Notes: generated by a model from the sequence alone, not told the origin. Shown: positions 11,456-22,111, numbered from the stretch's first letter. The stretch: DNA of 64,000 nucleotides from Bacillus subtilis subsp. subtilis str. 168 (GCF_000009045.1 NC_000964.3:2604001-2668000), one strand, 5' to 3'. Made by a program: numbers and translations.

Positions 11456-12648
11456 TCTTCAGTCTCCCTGACAATAGGTGTGGTTTGAACGATATCTTCT
11501 ATAACTTGGTAGAGAATAATCAACTTTACTTTACCATTCTCAACAGTCTGGTGCAAAACTTTTTCACTTTTCACCTCGCCGTTTTCGCCTATTTTATCCT
11601 CTACATCCTGTTTACCCAATTTAATGCCTTCTTGAACTGCTTCTTCTTTTGTATATTTTCGCAAAGCCTCTTCACTTTCTCTCGTTTGCTCTTTGACATA
11701 GGATACAGGGAGCTTAAATCCGAGAAAATGAAGCGAATGCTTTTCTTGTTCTGTTTTTGGATGCTTCAATTCCTCTTTTTTAAACGTCATCCCCCAGATC
11801 GGGATTGCCAAAGAACCAAAAGAAAGCTTGTGCTTTGTCCTTACTTTGCCCGTATAGACGTTAAATAATGTTTCAAGCGGGACTGTCACTTCTGATCTAT
11901 ACCAGGTTTCTCCATAAATTTCTGCTTTTGAGGCGACTTCCTGCTGATGGTCTTCGCTGCCGATCAGTCCCGAAACAAGCAGCTGTCCCTTTTCAACATG
12001 ATCGTGTATGGCGGCCATGGGCTGTCCTTTTTGCACAAACATTCTCGTAATGGTTGCTTTCTTTTTGGCGACAATATTGCGCGGGCTAACATATTTTTCT
12101 TTTTCGGGCTCATTTTTCTCCACAACTTTCATATGAATGGTCGTCCCCTTCAGATCAACTCCGACCCAAGTGATATTGTCTATTCCATTGGTTAATGATT
12201 TCTGTATTTTTTCGGGCGACATCATTAAAAACTGCAGACGGCCCTTTTTGACGCCGATTTCATTAAGATGCTGCCTCATTTGATGTTCTGTTTCAGGCTT
12301 AGCGCCTGTCACATCAATTTTCCACACCATATTGGACAGCAAAAACAAAAGAATGAAAAAAATCGCAAAACCGATCGTAAACCCTATATTCAGCTTTGAT
12401 TTCAGCAACAGGAAGGGAAATCCCTTCCGATTGATAAATCGGGCTTTACATTTAAATTTACTTCTTACCCGCCGAAAGGCATGTACATCCTGAAGCTGTA
12501 TATATAACGATACGGCTTCTTTCTTTTTTTTGACATGAAAGACCGGAATCCCCTGTCTTGTGCATTCATTAAGGAGCCGCTCAATCCCTCTTCCCGTCAA
12601 TTCAAGCTGGACCTTACCCGAAAAAAAAGACAGCCATTTATTTTTCAC
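11452..12648 (-). CDS. yqfD: Stage IV sporulation protein YqfD (cortex formation)
   Basis: 398 aa with one TM segment; SpoIV-type sequence; conserved yqfC-yqfD-phoH order. Confidence 0.88.
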   Translation of the reverse strand: MKNKWLSFFSGKVQLELTGRGIERLLNECTRQGIPVFHVKKKKEAVSLYIQLQDVHAFRRVRSKFKCKARFINRKGFPFLLLKSKLNIGFTIGFAIFFILLFLLSNMVWKIDVTGAKPETEHQMRQHLNEIGVKKGRLQFLMMSPEKIQKSLTNGIDNITWVGVDLKGTTIHMKVVEKNEPEKEKYVSPRNIVAKKKATITRMFVQKGQPMAAIHDHVEKGQLLVSGLIGSEDHQQEVASKAEIYGETWYRSEVTVPLETLFNVYTGKVRTKHKLSFGSLAIPIWGMTFKKEELKHPKTEQEKHSLHFLGFKLPVSYVKEQTRESEEALRKYTKEEAVQEGIKLGKQDVEDKIGENGEVKSEKVLHQTVENGKVKLIILYQVIEDIVQTTPIVRETEE

Positions 12649-12666
12649 AACATTTCCCCCTCGGCT

Positions 12667-12948
12667 TTATGACTCAACATATCGAACGACATCAATCGTA
12701 CCCTCCAAAAGTATCTCTTCCGGAAGAATCGCCTTGATGACAAAATTTTTACCAGATATGATGCACTGGCCCTGCTTCAGCATCAGCCGCACTTCATTCT
12801 CACTGAAAAGCAAAAGGCCTCTGTGGTTTTCTATGTAGATATGAAGTCTGCCAACCATTGTAATCCTCGGCAGATCCATCATAACGTCCGGGGGAATTTC
12901 CAATGCTCTTGTCAGCCAAGCTTTCATACGATTCTTTCTTTGCCCCAT
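12667..12948 (-). CDS. yqfC: Sporulation protein YqfC (YabP family)
   Basis: Start moved to ATG 12948 (93 aa); LPRITMVG...IENHRGLL motif. Confidence 0.88.
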   Translation of the reverse strand: MGQRKNRMKAWLTRALEIPPDVMMDLPRITMVGRLHIYIENHRGLLLFSENEVRLMLKQGQCIISGKNFVIKAILPEEILLEGTIDVVRYVES

Positions 12949-12950
12949 AC

Positions 12951-12998
12951 AAAAAGAACCCCCTTTCATCTCATATGTATGATTTGAAAGGAGGTTCT
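12951..12998 (-). terminator. Terminator of the yqeZ-floA-yqfB operon, with a sigmaE-like -10 in its loop
   Basis: - strand AGAACCTCCTTTCA-aatCATACATAtgaga-TGAAAGGGGGTTCT-TTTT; the 3' arm is the yqfC SD. Confidence 0.7.
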
Positions 12999-13004
12999 AA
13001 CACT

Positions 13005-13424
13005 TTAATTTTTACGGGCCGGGCGCATCGTACGGTGAGGTTTTTTCGCCCGTGGAGGTCCGAACACCTCTCCTAGAACGATCCCCTGTACGACGGTGTC
13101 TTTATTCACCTGAAGCATTTTTTGTTTTGTGTATACTGTTTTTTGTTTGGCAGCAGCAAGATCTCGTTCCAGCCCTTTCAGGTTTCTTGCTGTTTCCCTG
13201 CGTCTTTCTTCCGCTTCCCGTCTTGCCTGTTCCATACGGTTAGGGATAGGTGCAGGGGCATCTTCTTTTGACTGCTTCTTTTGAGGAGAAGCAGATTGCA
13301 CGTGTTGAGGTTTTTTTCTTTTTTGGCTGTTTTGCTTTTCTTCTTTGCTCTTTTTGCCGAAAATCGCAGAAATGATTCCGATGATCGCTGCAATAATAAG
13401 CGGATTGGTCAGTAAATCTTCCAT
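13005..13424 (-). CDS. yqfB: YqfB, small membrane-anchored basic protein
   Basis: 139 aa; N-terminal TM helix then a basic tail ending QGIVLGEVFGPPRAKKP; third gene of the nfeD-floA operon. Confidence 0.85.
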   Translation of the reverse strand: MEDLLTNPLIIAAIIGIISAIFGKKSKEEKQNSQKRKKPQHVQSASPQKKQSKEDAPAPIPNRMEQARREAEERRRETARNLKGLERDLAAAKQKTVYTKQKMLQVNKDTVVQGIVLGEVFGPPRAKKPHRTMRPARKN

Positions 13425-13448
13425 CAGCGTTCTCCCTTCTTAGAGAGA

Positions 13449-14444
13449 TTATGATTTGCGGTCTTCATCCGAAGGGTCTTTCGTCAGCTTGCCGAATGAA
13501 TCACGCATTTCTGTGTCAGCATCGATGTTCTTGATATTCATGTAATCCATGACGCCAATATTCCCTTCACGCAAAGCTTCTGCCATCGCAAGCGGCACTT
13601 CCGCCTCGGCTTCTACTACTTTCGCGCGCATTTCTTCTACGCGGGCACGCATTTCCTGTTCTTGAGCGACAGCCATCGCACGTCGTTCTTCCGCTTTTGC
13701 CTGCGCGATGTTTTTATCAGCCTCGGCCTGATCGGTTTGTAAAATTGCCCCGATGTTTTTGCCGATATCTACATCTGCAATATCAATTGAGAGAATTTCA
13801 AACGCAGTTCCTGAGTCCAATCCTTTTCCAAGGACTGTCTGAGAAATCATGTCAGGGTTTTCAAGCACTTTTTTATGATTATCAGATGAACCGATTGTAG
13901 AAACGATTCCCTCACCTACACGAGCTACAATGGTTTCTTCCCCTGCTCCCCCGACGAGGCGCTCGATATTCGCTCTTACTGTGATTCTCGCTTTCGCTTT
14001 CACTTCAATCCCGTCCATTGCGACGCCGGCAATGAACGGTGTTTCAATCACCTTAGGATTAACGCTCATTTGAACAGCTTCCAACACGTCCCGGCCTGCA
14101 AGATCAATGGCAGCACAGCGCTCGAATGTGAGTTCAATGTTAGCTCGCTGAGCGGCGATAAGCGCGTTGACGACTCTGTCAACATTACCTCCAGCCAGAT
14201 AGTGGCTTTCAAGCTGGTTTGTTCCAACATTAAGTCCCGCTTTATGCGCTTTAATCAGCGGGTTAACAACCCGATTCGGAATGACGCGGCGAAGCCTCAT
14301 CCCAACTAGAGTGAAAATGCTGATTTTCACTCCGGCTGCCAAAGCTGAAATCCAAAGCATTACAGGCACAAATGTAAAAAATACTGCCAAAACAATGATC
14401 GCTACTGCGACAATTGCCAGAATCATAAGTGTTGACGGATCCAT
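13449..14444 (-). CDS. floA: Flotillin-like protein FloA (yqfA)
   Basis: 331 aa; [21 protein letters not shown] signature. Confidence 0.95.
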   Translation of the reverse strand: MDPSTLMILAIVAVAIIVLAVFFTFVPVMLWISALAAGVKISIFTLVGMRLRRVIPNRVVNPLIKAHKAGLNVGTNQLESHYLAGGNVDRVVNALIAAQRANIELTFERCAAIDLAGRDVLEAVQMSVNPKVIETPFIAGVAMDGIEVKAKARITVRANIERLVGGAGEETIVARVGEGIVSTIGSSDNHKKVLENPDMISQTVLGKGLDSGTAFEILSIDIADVDIGKNIGAILQTDQAEADKNIAQAKAEERRAMAVAQEQEMRARVEEMRAKVVEAEAEVPLAMAEALREGNIGVMDYMNIKNIDADTEMRDSFGKLTKDPSDEDRKS

Positions 14445-14465
14445 ATAACTTCTCCTCGTTTCTAT

Positions 14466-15779
14466 TTAAATTTCTCTCACGACAATGCGTGAGCCTTCTA
14501 CTTTTATCACTTTTACTTTTTTATCTTTTTCTGTAAACGATCCCTCCGATACAACGTCAAGGCGTTCATCATCAATAATCACGGTACCGGAAGGACGCAG
14601 CGGTGTAAAGGTTATACCCACTTTTCCCATTAAGTCCGTGCGCGTTTGATTTGAAACGTAGCCGCTCTCCGTGTTTGTAGAATCATTTAATATCAATTTC
14701 TTAAAGAATTTCATACGCTTTCCCAACACCCTTGTCAGTAAAATAAAAGCTGTAATCGAAACAGCTGAGGCGATCAAGAGAGAAACCGCCATGACAGTGA
14801 AGCTCCCCGCGGCTAAAAACAGGCTCGCAATAATCGCTCCCAAGCCCAGTAATCCAATGATTCCTCCGGGAAGAAAAATCTCAAGCAGAATGAGAATCAC
14901 CCCTGCTATAAAGAGGAGAACCGTCTCATACCCGGCAAGGCCGGCTGCAAGATGCCCGTAAAAGAACAGCAATAACGCAATGAGTCCAGCCGTTCCAGGG
15001 AGGCCGACACCCGGGGAAAAAAGCTCTACCGTCAGACCTAAAAAAGCGATTGTCAGCAGAATAGGGACAATGACCGGATTCGTCAGCCATCTTGCCGTCT
15101 TTTCCGCAAAGCTCTCCTTTGCATAGCTGATCTGCGCCTTTTCGAACCCAAGCTTCTTTACGAGCGTGGACAAATTGTCAGCAGTGCCTTCTGAATAGCC
15201 TACCTCAATCGCCTTGTCTGCGTTAAGTGTCAGCAGATCTCCCTTAGGCGCGCCAACTTCCTTGGCATCTATATCTGGGTCAGCCATTGCGAGCGCATAT
15301 TTTGGATCGCGGTTATTTTTCACTGCGGCATCTTCCATCTCTGCCAGCCAAAGTGATTGAGCTTTTTGGTCAGCGGCATTGCCTTGGCCATCAACAATCG
15401 CGGCGGCTCCCATTTTTCCGCCAGGCGCCATATAAATGTGATCTGCTTGAAGTGCAATATATGCACCAGCAGACAACGCGCGTTTGTTGACATATGCAGT
15501 TACGGGGATCTCGCTTTCGGTTATCAAATCGGCCATATCAATAGCAGATTTGACCAATCCCCCCGGGGTATTGATATCAAGAATAATATGGTCTGCATGT
15601 GCATCCTTTGCGTCTTGTAACGAACGGGACAAAAACGAGGCGAGACCCTGTTCGACATTTTTTTCAACCGGGATCACATAAACAGTTTGTTTTTCTGCTT
15701 TTGCGTTCAGCTGTACGCCTAATAAAGAAAGTAAAAATATACCCAAAAGAGCAGCACGGAATCCTTTGATTTGAAGCAA
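14466..15779 (-). CDS. yqeZ: NfeD-family membrane-bound serine protease-like protein
   Basis: 437 aa; signal peptide, ClpP-like domain (INTPGG, ALSAGAYIAL), TM bundle, C-terminal OB fold (TPLRPSG). Confidence 0.9.
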   Translation of the reverse strand: MLQIKGFRAALLGIFLLSLLGVQLNAKAEKQTVYVIPVEKNVEQGLASFLSRSLQDAKDAHADHIILDINTPGGLVKSAIDMADLITESEIPVTAYVNKRALSAGAYIALQADHIYMAPGGKMGAAAIVDGQGNAADQKAQSLWLAEMEDAAVKNNRDPKYALAMADPDIDAKEVGAPKGDLLTLNADKAIEVGYSEGTADNLSTLVKKLGFEKAQISYAKESFAEKTARWLTNPVIVPILLTIAFLGLTVELFSPGVGLPGTAGLIALLLFFYGHLAAGLAGYETVLLFIAGVILILLEIFLPGGIIGLLGLGAIIASLFLAAGSFTVMAVSLLIASAVSITAFILLTRVLGKRMKFFKKLILNDSTNTESGYVSNQTRTDLMGKVGITFTPLRPSGTVIIDDERLDVVSEGSFTEKDKKVKVIKVEGSRIVVREI

Positions 15780-15825
15780 GGGCGGTGTATCCCTCCTTCC
15801 TTTTATAATAAGTGCCTTCTCTTCA

Positions 15826-15852
15826 TACGTAACAAATGTATCAAAGGTTTCA
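15826..15852 (-). promoter_or_regulatory. sigmaW promoter of yqeZ-floA-yqfB
   Basis: TGAAAC(15852-15847)-17 bp-CGTA(15829-15826), matching the sigmaW consensus. Confidence 0.8.
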
Positions 15853-15864
15853 TTTTTTTATGTA

Positions 15865-15900
15865 TAAAAAAAGACATCTCTCTTAGAAAGATGTCCTTTT
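15865..15900 (-). terminator. Terminator of rpsU-yqeY
   Basis: GACATCT/AGATGTC inverted repeat followed by a T-run on the - strand. Confidence 0.7.
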
Positions 15901-15909
15901 CTTTGCCAT

Positions 15910-16356
15910 TTAAGACAGTTGACTGCTCACAAGCTTATTAATTAAACTTCCGTCAGCTTTACCTTTTACTTTAGGCATAATTGCCCCCATCACTTTGCCC
16001 ATGTCCGCTTTTGAGCTCGCACCGACCTCCGCGATGGTTTCATTTACGATTGTACGCAGCTCTTCTTCTGACAGCTGCTCAGGTAAATAAACTTCTAAAA
16101 TGTCCAGCTCTTTTTGAACTTTATCTACTAAATCTAAACGATTAGCGTTTGAAAATTCCTGGAGGGAGTCTTTACGTTGCTTAAGTTCACGAGAAAGGAC
16201 AGTGAGTTCCTCATCCTCGGTCAAACTGTCTTTCTTAAGCTTAATTGCTTCATTTTGAAGTGAAGCCTTAACCATTCGAACGACAGTCAGTTTGTCTTTC
16301 TCACGGTTTTTCATATACAGCTTCATATCCTGGTTGAGACGCTCAAGAAGACTCAT
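15910..16356 (-). CDS. yqeY: YqeY/GatB-domain protein
   Basis: 148 aa; [24 protein letters not shown]. Confidence 0.92.
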
Positions 16357-16370
16357 AAATCCACCCTCTT

Positions 16371-16544
16371 TTAGAATTTGCGTTTTCTAGCAGCTTCAGA
16401 CTTTTTCTTGCGCTTTACGCTAGGTTTTTCATAAAATTCACGCTTTCTTGCTTCTTGCAAAGTACCTGTCTTTGATACACTGCGTTTGAAGCGACGAAGA
16501 GCATCTTCAAGCGATTCGTTTTTTCTAACGACCGTTTTTGACAT
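16371..16544 (-). CDS. rpsU: 30S ribosomal protein S21
   Basis: Start moved to ATG 16544 (57 aa); [12 protein letters not shown]...[13 protein letters not shown]. Confidence 0.97.
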
Positions 16545-16613
16545 TCTCTTTCCCTCCCTCCGAATACACCAATCGACTACCTTTAAGTTACACATATAAA
16601 CATGTACTTTGAC

Positions 16614-16642
16614 ATTATAATATAAGCCATCAGTCAGGTCAA
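16614..16642 (-). promoter_or_regulatory. sigmaA promoter of rpsU
   Basis: TTGACC(16642-16637)-17 bp-TATAAT(16619-16614). Confidence 0.8.
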
Positions 16643-16716
16643 CTAAGTGAGTTCACTTTTCCGTCATGAGTGCGACTGCCTGTCTATATAATGAAAGAAA
16701 GGGGTTGGTGAATAGG

Positions 16717-17640
16717 ATGTTAATTCTGATTAGCTTTACTGCTCTTATATTATTCTTTCTCGCAGGCATGAACATGCTTCGAAAGGGCTTAATTTCAATG
16801 GCGTACTCAAAAATTGAAGAACGTTTGCTTTTATTTACAGACCATCCGTTAAAAGCGTTTCTTATCAGTATTGTATTTACGGGGATACTTCAGAGCAGCT
16901 CAGCCTTTATGGTCATTGTCATCGGCTTTGTAAGTGCGGGCGTTCTTTCTTTTAAGCGGACGATCCCGATGATTCTGGGGACAAATGTTGGCTCTACTTT
17001 TACAACTGAATTTATTGCTATCAAAATGGATATTGTGATTTGGGTTCTTTTAATAGGAGGTTTATTGTTTTTTCTGACTGGCAGGTATCCTTTGAAACAG
17101 CTGGGAACAAGCTTCCTTGGACTGGGCATCATCTTCTTTTGCATCAGCGGATTCAGCCATCTTGCCGGGCCGCTGACAAAGCTGAAAACGGGCGCCGACG
17201 TTCTATACCATGTTAACGATTCAAACTGGTCCGCTTTGCTCATCGGCATGGTGTTAACTGCCATCATTCACTCCAGTTCTGTCTGTATCGGCATTTTGAT
17301 GAGTTTTATGAATGAAGGGATTATCGGACTGACACAGGCGATGAGCGTCGTACTCGGATCAAATATCGGGACATGCATTACAGCTGTCATGGCTGCTGTA
17401 TCCGGCGGATATGCGGCGAAACAGACAGCATATGCCCATGTGGTATTTAACGTGCTAGGGGTGGCTCTAGTATTGCCTTTTCTGACCGCAGCGACCGGCT
17501 TTGTAGAGCAGTTATCACCTGATCCCGCACAAAAGATCGCGCATTTCAGCCTTTTATTTAATGTGGTGACAGCTCTTTTATTTCTTCCGCTTACAAACTT
17601 GTTTTACCGATTGATTCACCTTCTTATCCCGGCTAAATAA
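16717..17640 (+). CDS. yqeW: Na+/phosphate cotransporter family membrane protein
   Basis: Start moved to ATG 16717 (307 aa); repeated LQSSSA / GTNVGST and IHSSS / GSNIGTC motifs. Confidence 0.88.
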   Translation: MLILISFTALILFFLAGMNMLRKGLISMAYSKIEERLLLFTDHPLKAFLISIVFTGILQSSSAFMVIVIGFVSAGVLSFKRTIPMILGTNVGSTFTTEFIAIKMDIVIWVLLIGGLLFFLTGRYPLKQLGTSFLGLGIIFFCISGFSHLAGPLTKLKTGADVLYHVNDSNWSALLIGMVLTAIIHSSSVCIGILMSFMNEGIIGLTQAMSVVLGSNIGTCITAVMAAVSGGYAAKQTAYAHVVFNVLGVALVLPFLTAATGFVEQLSPDPAQKIAHFSLLFNVVTALLFLPLTNLFYRLIHLLIPAK

Positions 17641-17673
17641 AAAAATCGGTACATTTTAATGCACCGATTTTTT
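17640..17673. terminator. Bidirectional terminator between convergent yqeW and mtaB
   Basis: AAAAAATCGGT...ACCGATTTTTT inverted repeat. Confidence 0.8.
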
Positions 17674-17676
17674 AGG

Positions 17677-19032
17677 TTAAGAAGACAAACGCATGTGTTC
17701 AGTTATTTCATCCTCAACCACACGGACAAACTGTCCTTCGTTGTAAGGATAACCTGCTTTTAGGATTTTGACTTTTACGATTTTGCCGATCATATCTTCC
17801 GTACCTTTGAAAACAACCTTCATATAATTGTCTGTGTAACCGACAAACATATTTTCTTCTTCTGTTTCCTTAAACGCTTCCTCAGGGATAATCTCAAGCA
17901 CTTCATTTTCATACTGAGAAGCGTATTCTTTTGCAAGCTGGTCAGAAAGAGCAATCAGGCGGTGCACACGTTCGTTTTTCACGTTTTCATCCACTTGGTC
18001 TTCCATTCGTGCAGCTGGTGTTCCTGTACGCTTACTGTAAGGGAAAACATGCAGCTCAGAGAATTTATGTTCTTTAATAAAGTTATAGGTTTCCATAAAT
18101 TCTTCTTCTGTTTCTCCAGGGAACCCGACGATGACATCAGAAGTAACAGCTAAGCCTGGCAGTGCTTTTTTCAATTTATTTAAACGGTCTGCAAAGAATT
18201 CCATTGTATATTTGCGTCTCATCCGTTTAAGCACTGTGTTTGATCCGGATTGGATAGGAATATGCAAATGATTCACTATCTTATCTGAGCGGTCTAAGAC
18301 CTCGATCACTTCGTCAGTGATTTGGCTGGCTTCGATTGAAGAAATTCTGATCCGTTTCACGCCTTCCACACGGGTGTCTAATTCGCTCAAAAGCTTCGCG
18401 AAGTTGTAATCTTTCATATCTTCGCCGTAGCCGCCTGTATGAATACCCGTAAGAACAATTTCCTTATATCCGGCATCGACAAGCTGCTGCGCTTGTTTAA
18501 TGACTTCTTCAGGGTCGCGGGAGCGGAGCAGGCCTCTCGCCCACGGAATGATACAGAATGTGCAGAAATTATTGCAGCCCTCCTGTATTTTCAATGACGC
18601 TCTTGTGCGGTCCGTGAAAGCAGGCACATCAAGCTCTTCATATACTCTTGCTTTCATGATGTTGCTGACGCCATTAATCGGCTGGCGTTCTTCTCGGTAT
18701 TGGTCAATGTAGCCAAGCATTTTTTCACGGTCCTGTGTTCCGACTACAATGTCGACACCGGGGATCGCCATAATCTCAGCAGGTGAGGTTTGCGCGTAGC
18801 AGCCTGTGACACAGATGACACCGTCAGGATTTTGACGAATGGCGCGTCTGATCACTTGGCGGCTTTTTTTATCTCCCGTATTTGTAACCGTACATGTATT
18901 AATGACATATACATCAGCTGTTTGTTCAAAGTCTCTTCTTTCATAGCCCGCTTCTTTGAAAAGCTGCCAGATTGCTTCTGTTTCATAATGGTTGACTTTA
19001 CAGCCAAGCGTATGGAAAGCAACAGTTGCCAT
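17677..19032 (-). CDS. mtaB: tRNA t6A37 methylthiotransferase MtaB (yqeV)
   Basis: 451 aa; TLGCKVNHYET, NTCTVT, radical-SAM CNNFCTFC, C-terminal TRAM domain. Confidence 0.96.
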   Translation of the reverse strand: MATVAFHTLGCKVNHYETEAIWQLFKEAGYERRDFEQTADVYVINTCTVTNTGDKKSRQVIRRAIRQNPDGVICVTGCYAQTSPAEIMAIPGVDIVVGTQDREKMLGYIDQYREERQPINGVSNIMKARVYEELDVPAFTDRTRASLKIQEGCNNFCTFCIIPWARGLLRSRDPEEVIKQAQQLVDAGYKEIVLTGIHTGGYGEDMKDYNFAKLLSELDTRVEGVKRIRISSIEASQITDEVIEVLDRSDKIVNHLHIPIQSGSNTVLKRMRRKYTMEFFADRLNKLKKALPGLAVTSDVIVGFPGETEEEFMETYNFIKEHKFSELHVFPYSKRTGTPAARMEDQVDENVKNERVHRLIALSDQLAKEYASQYENEVLEIIPEEAFKETEEENMFVGYTDNYMKVVFKGTEDMIGKIVKVKILKAGYPYNEGQFVRVVEDEITEHMRLSS

Positions 19033-19802
19033 TACTGATCACCTCTTAATAACTCTGTTTGATAAGAAATCGCACTCAACGCGTATAGCGGAGCGGTTTC
19101 TGTCCTTAAAATTCTCGGTCCAAGGCCGCACGTCACACCGTCTTGCTCTGTGAGCCGTTCAACCTCCGCTTCTGTTAAACCGCCTTCGGGACCAAATACG
19201 ATCAATAGAGATGATCCTTTCGGAAGGCTGCTTACAATCGCGCTGAATGCGCTTATTTCCCCTTGCTTCGATGACTCCTCGTATGCAACGACACATTTAT
19301 CGAAATCCTGCATCCTTTGAAGAAGCTGCTGAAAAGAATGGACATCCATCACTCGCGGCACTTCGTTACGGTACGATTGCTCAGCCGCTTCCTTCGCAAT
19401 TTTCGTCCATCTTTCCCGCTTTTTCTTTGCCTTTTTGTCATCCAGCTTGACAACAGAACGCGCGGCTTGGAAAGGAATAAAGGCATGAGCTCCGAGCTCA
19501 GTCCCCTTTTGGATAATCCATTCAAGCTTATCTCCTTTCGGAAGGCCGCTCGCAATATAGACCTTTATCGGAAGCTCTCTGTTTTCATTCGTCCATTCTA
19601 TCACAAGGCAGGACACTTTATCTTTGGAAACAGATTGAAGTTCACATTTTGCCTCGAAGCCGTCTTGAGAGCAGCAGATAATCTGATCTCCCTCATTCAT
19701 TCTCATCACGTTCACAATATGATGAACTTCTTCGCCGGTAATCGAAAAAGTCGGCGCTTCCTCTATTTGCTGCTTCGTGAGCTCGATAAAATATCGTTGC
19801 AT
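19032..19802 (-). CDS. rsmE: 16S rRNA m3U1498 methyltransferase RsmE (yqeU)
   Basis: Start ATG 19802 (256 aa); QKGTELG, FGPEGG, LGPRILRTETA. Confidence 0.95.
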   Translation of the reverse strand: MQRYFIELTKQQIEEAPTFSITGEEVHHIVNVMRMNEGDQIICCSQDGFEAKCELQSVSKDKVSCLVIEWTNENRELPIKVYIASGLPKGDKLEWIIQKGTELGAHAFIPFQAARSVVKLDDKKAKKKRERWTKIAKEAAEQSYRNEVPRVMDVHSFQQLLQRMQDFDKCVVAYEESSKQGEISAFSAIVSSLPKGSSLLIVFGPEGGLTEAEVERLTEQDGVTCGLGPRILRTETAPLYALSAISYQTELLRGDQ

Positions 19803-19824
19803 ACGCTGTGACACCTACTAACTG

Positions 19825-20760
19825 TTATTTTTTCGCAATAATGCTGACCCAATCTTCCATTGAAAGGATTTCTACAATGGTAAAGCCAGCTTGTTCCAGT
19901 GCTTCTTTTACTTCTTGTTTTTTATGACCGATGATTCCTGACGTAATAAAGTGACCGCCTTCTTTTAACAGGCTGTACGCTTGTGAAGTAAAGCGAAGAA
20001 TGACTTCAGCCAAAATGTTGGCCACAATCACATCATGTTCCCCTTCAATCCCGTCTAACAAATTGTTTTGCTTCACTTGAGCAATATCGCTGACTTTGTT
20101 CAGCTTGAGATTGAGGCGTGCACTTTCTACAGCCACGGGATCAAGATCGTAGGCATGAACCGATTCAGCCTCAAGCATTGCAGCCGCAATACTTAAAATT
20201 CCCGAACCAGTGCCGACATCAATCACCTTATCACCCTTTTGCACAAAGCGTTCAAGCGCCTGAATGCAGAGTACGGTTGTCGGATGTGTCCCTGTGCCGA
20301 AAGCCATTCCCGGGTCCATTTCAATAATCAGTTCATCAGTATGGACCGGCGTATATTCCTCCCACGTCGGCACAATTGTAAACTTTTCAGAAATTTTCAC
20401 AGGATGATAATACTTTTTCCAGGCAGTCGCCCACTCTTCTTCATTTACTTCAGAAATAGTGATGTGGTTTCTGCCCAAATCAATATTGTAAAGAAGGAGA
20501 TTATTAATCGTTTCTTTGATGCCGTCTACAGTTTCGCCCAGAAAACTGTTAACCGGCAGATATGCTTTGACAATGACACCCTCATCTGGGTAATCATTGG
20601 GGTCGAGCTGGTAGATTTCCCCGTACACATTCTCACGTTCTTTAATTAAATCAAGCGGGTCCTCTATCACAACCCCACTTGCACCAGCTTCATGCAATAT
20701 ATTTGAGATAGGTTCGACCGCTTCATGTGTTGTGTGAATGCTTAATTCGGACCATTTCAA
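19825..20760 (-). CDS. prmA: Ribosomal protein L11 methyltransferase PrmA (yqeT)
   Basis: TTG start 20760 (311 aa); [28 protein letters not shown]. Confidence 0.95.
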   Translation of the reverse strand: MKWSELSIHTTHEAVEPISNILHEAGASGVVIEDPLDLIKERENVYGEIYQLDPNDYPDEGVIVKAYLPVNSFLGETVDGIKETINNLLLYNIDLGRNHITISEVNEEEWATAWKKYYHPVKISEKFTIVPTWEEYTPVHTDELIIEMDPGMAFGTGTHPTTVLCIQALERFVQKGDKVIDVGTGSGILSIAAAMLEAESVHAYDLDPVAVESARLNLKLNKVSDIAQVKQNNLLDGIEGEHDVIVANILAEVILRFTSQAYSLLKEGGHFITSGIIGHKKQEVKEALEQAGFTIVEILSMEDWVSIIAKK

Positions 20761-20784
20761 AACTACCAACTCCTCATCCAATAA

Positions 20785-21912
20785 TTAATCGCCTTTAAAC
20801 GCGCGTTTTACCTTGTCAAAGAAACTCATTTCCTGTTCGTCAGGCAGGTTTCCGCTGACTTCGGCAAATTCGCGGATAATGTCTTTTTGTTTATCAGTCA
20901 GATTTGTCGGCGTAACGACGCGGACGACGATATGCTGGTCACCCTGTCCATAGCCTCTGACATTTTGAACGCCTTTGCCTCTTAATCTGAATTTCGTTCC
21001 TGTTTGTGTACCGGCCGGAATTTTCAATTTCACTTTTCCATGCAGCGTCGGCACTTCTACCTCATCTCCAAGAGCAGCCTGAGCAAACGTTAACGGCATT
21101 TCACAGTAAATATCATCGCCGTCACGCTCGAAGAACTCGTGTGCGCGTACATGGAACACGACAAATAAATCCCCGGCAGGGCCGCCGTTTATTCCTGGTT
21201 CACCCTGTCCCGAGAGACGAAGCTGCTGCCCGTCATCTACACCGGCTGGAATTGTCACATTGATTTTCTTGCGTTTTTTGATTTTTCCTTTGCCGCCGCA
21301 GTCCGCACATTTGTTTTTAATGATTTTGCCTGTACCTTCACAGTGGTGGCAGACCCGTCTGTTAACGACTTTTCCAAACGGTGTATTTTGCTCCACGTTT
21401 AACTGGCCGGAGCCTCCGCAGTGGGAGCATGTTTCTGGATTTGTTCCAGGTTTCGCACCTGAGCCTTTACATGTTTCGCACGTTTCCTCGCGGGGAATTT
21501 CGATGGTTGTTTCTTTACCGAAAGCCGCATCCTCAAACGACAGGGTCATCGTATACTGTAAATCAGCACCCTGGCGCGGAGCGTTTGGATCTCTTCGTCT
21601 TGTGCCTCCGCCGAATATACTTGAGAAAATATCATCGAAACCAAAACCGCCGAAATCGCCGCCGCCAAAACCTCCGCCGCCGAAGCCTTGGTTAGGGTCA
21701 GTGTGACCAAATTGATCGTAATGCGCACGTTTTTGGTCATCTGACAGCGTTTCGTATGCTTCTTTTACCTCTTTAAATTTTTCATCTGATCCGGCTTCTT
21801 TGTTAATATCAGGATGATATTTTTTTGACAGCTTCCGATAAGCTTTTTTAATTTCATCCTTTGAAGCGCTCTTACTTACTCCCAGCACTTCATAGTAATC
21901 ACGCTTACTCAT
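20785..21912 (-). CDS. dnaJ: Chaperone DnaJ
   Basis: 375 aa; J-domain HPD, G/F-rich region, four CxxCxGxG repeats. Confidence 0.98.
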
Positions 21913-21948
21913 CTCGCTTCACTCTCCCGAATTTCTCACATAAATTAG

Positions 21949-21978
21949 ATTGTATCATTTTGAATTATGATTTTTCAA
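21949..21978 (-). promoter_or_regulatory. Internal sigmaA-like promoter upstream of dnaJ
   Basis: TTGAAA(21978-21973)-18 bp-TACAAT(21954-21949) with an extended TG. Confidence 0.55.
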
Positions 21979-21998
21979 TTCCTTTTATCCCGGGCAAG

Positions 21999-22038
21999 AA
22001 AAAAAGTCAAAGCCAAGAGATGCCTGACTTTGACTTTC
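21999..22038 (-). terminator. Intrinsic terminator between dnaK and dnaJ
   Basis: - strand AGAAAGTCAAAGTC...GGCTTTGACTTTTTTT. Confidence 0.75.
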
Positions 22039-22111
22039 TAATCATTGAATCAGATTATGAAATGTGTTCTTTTCGGTCAGCTCCGGAAGCGGGGCTGACA
22101 CTAAAAAGAAC

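Noticed and set aside
11395-11868. 157-aa + strand ORF; likewise 19317..19811, 21260..21706, 26328..26777, 42444..42875 and 52363..52767
   Set aside because: Antisense shadows of well-supported genes (yqfD/phoH, rsmE, dnaJ, hemN, yqeH/yqeG, arsB), with no SD or recognisable motifs.
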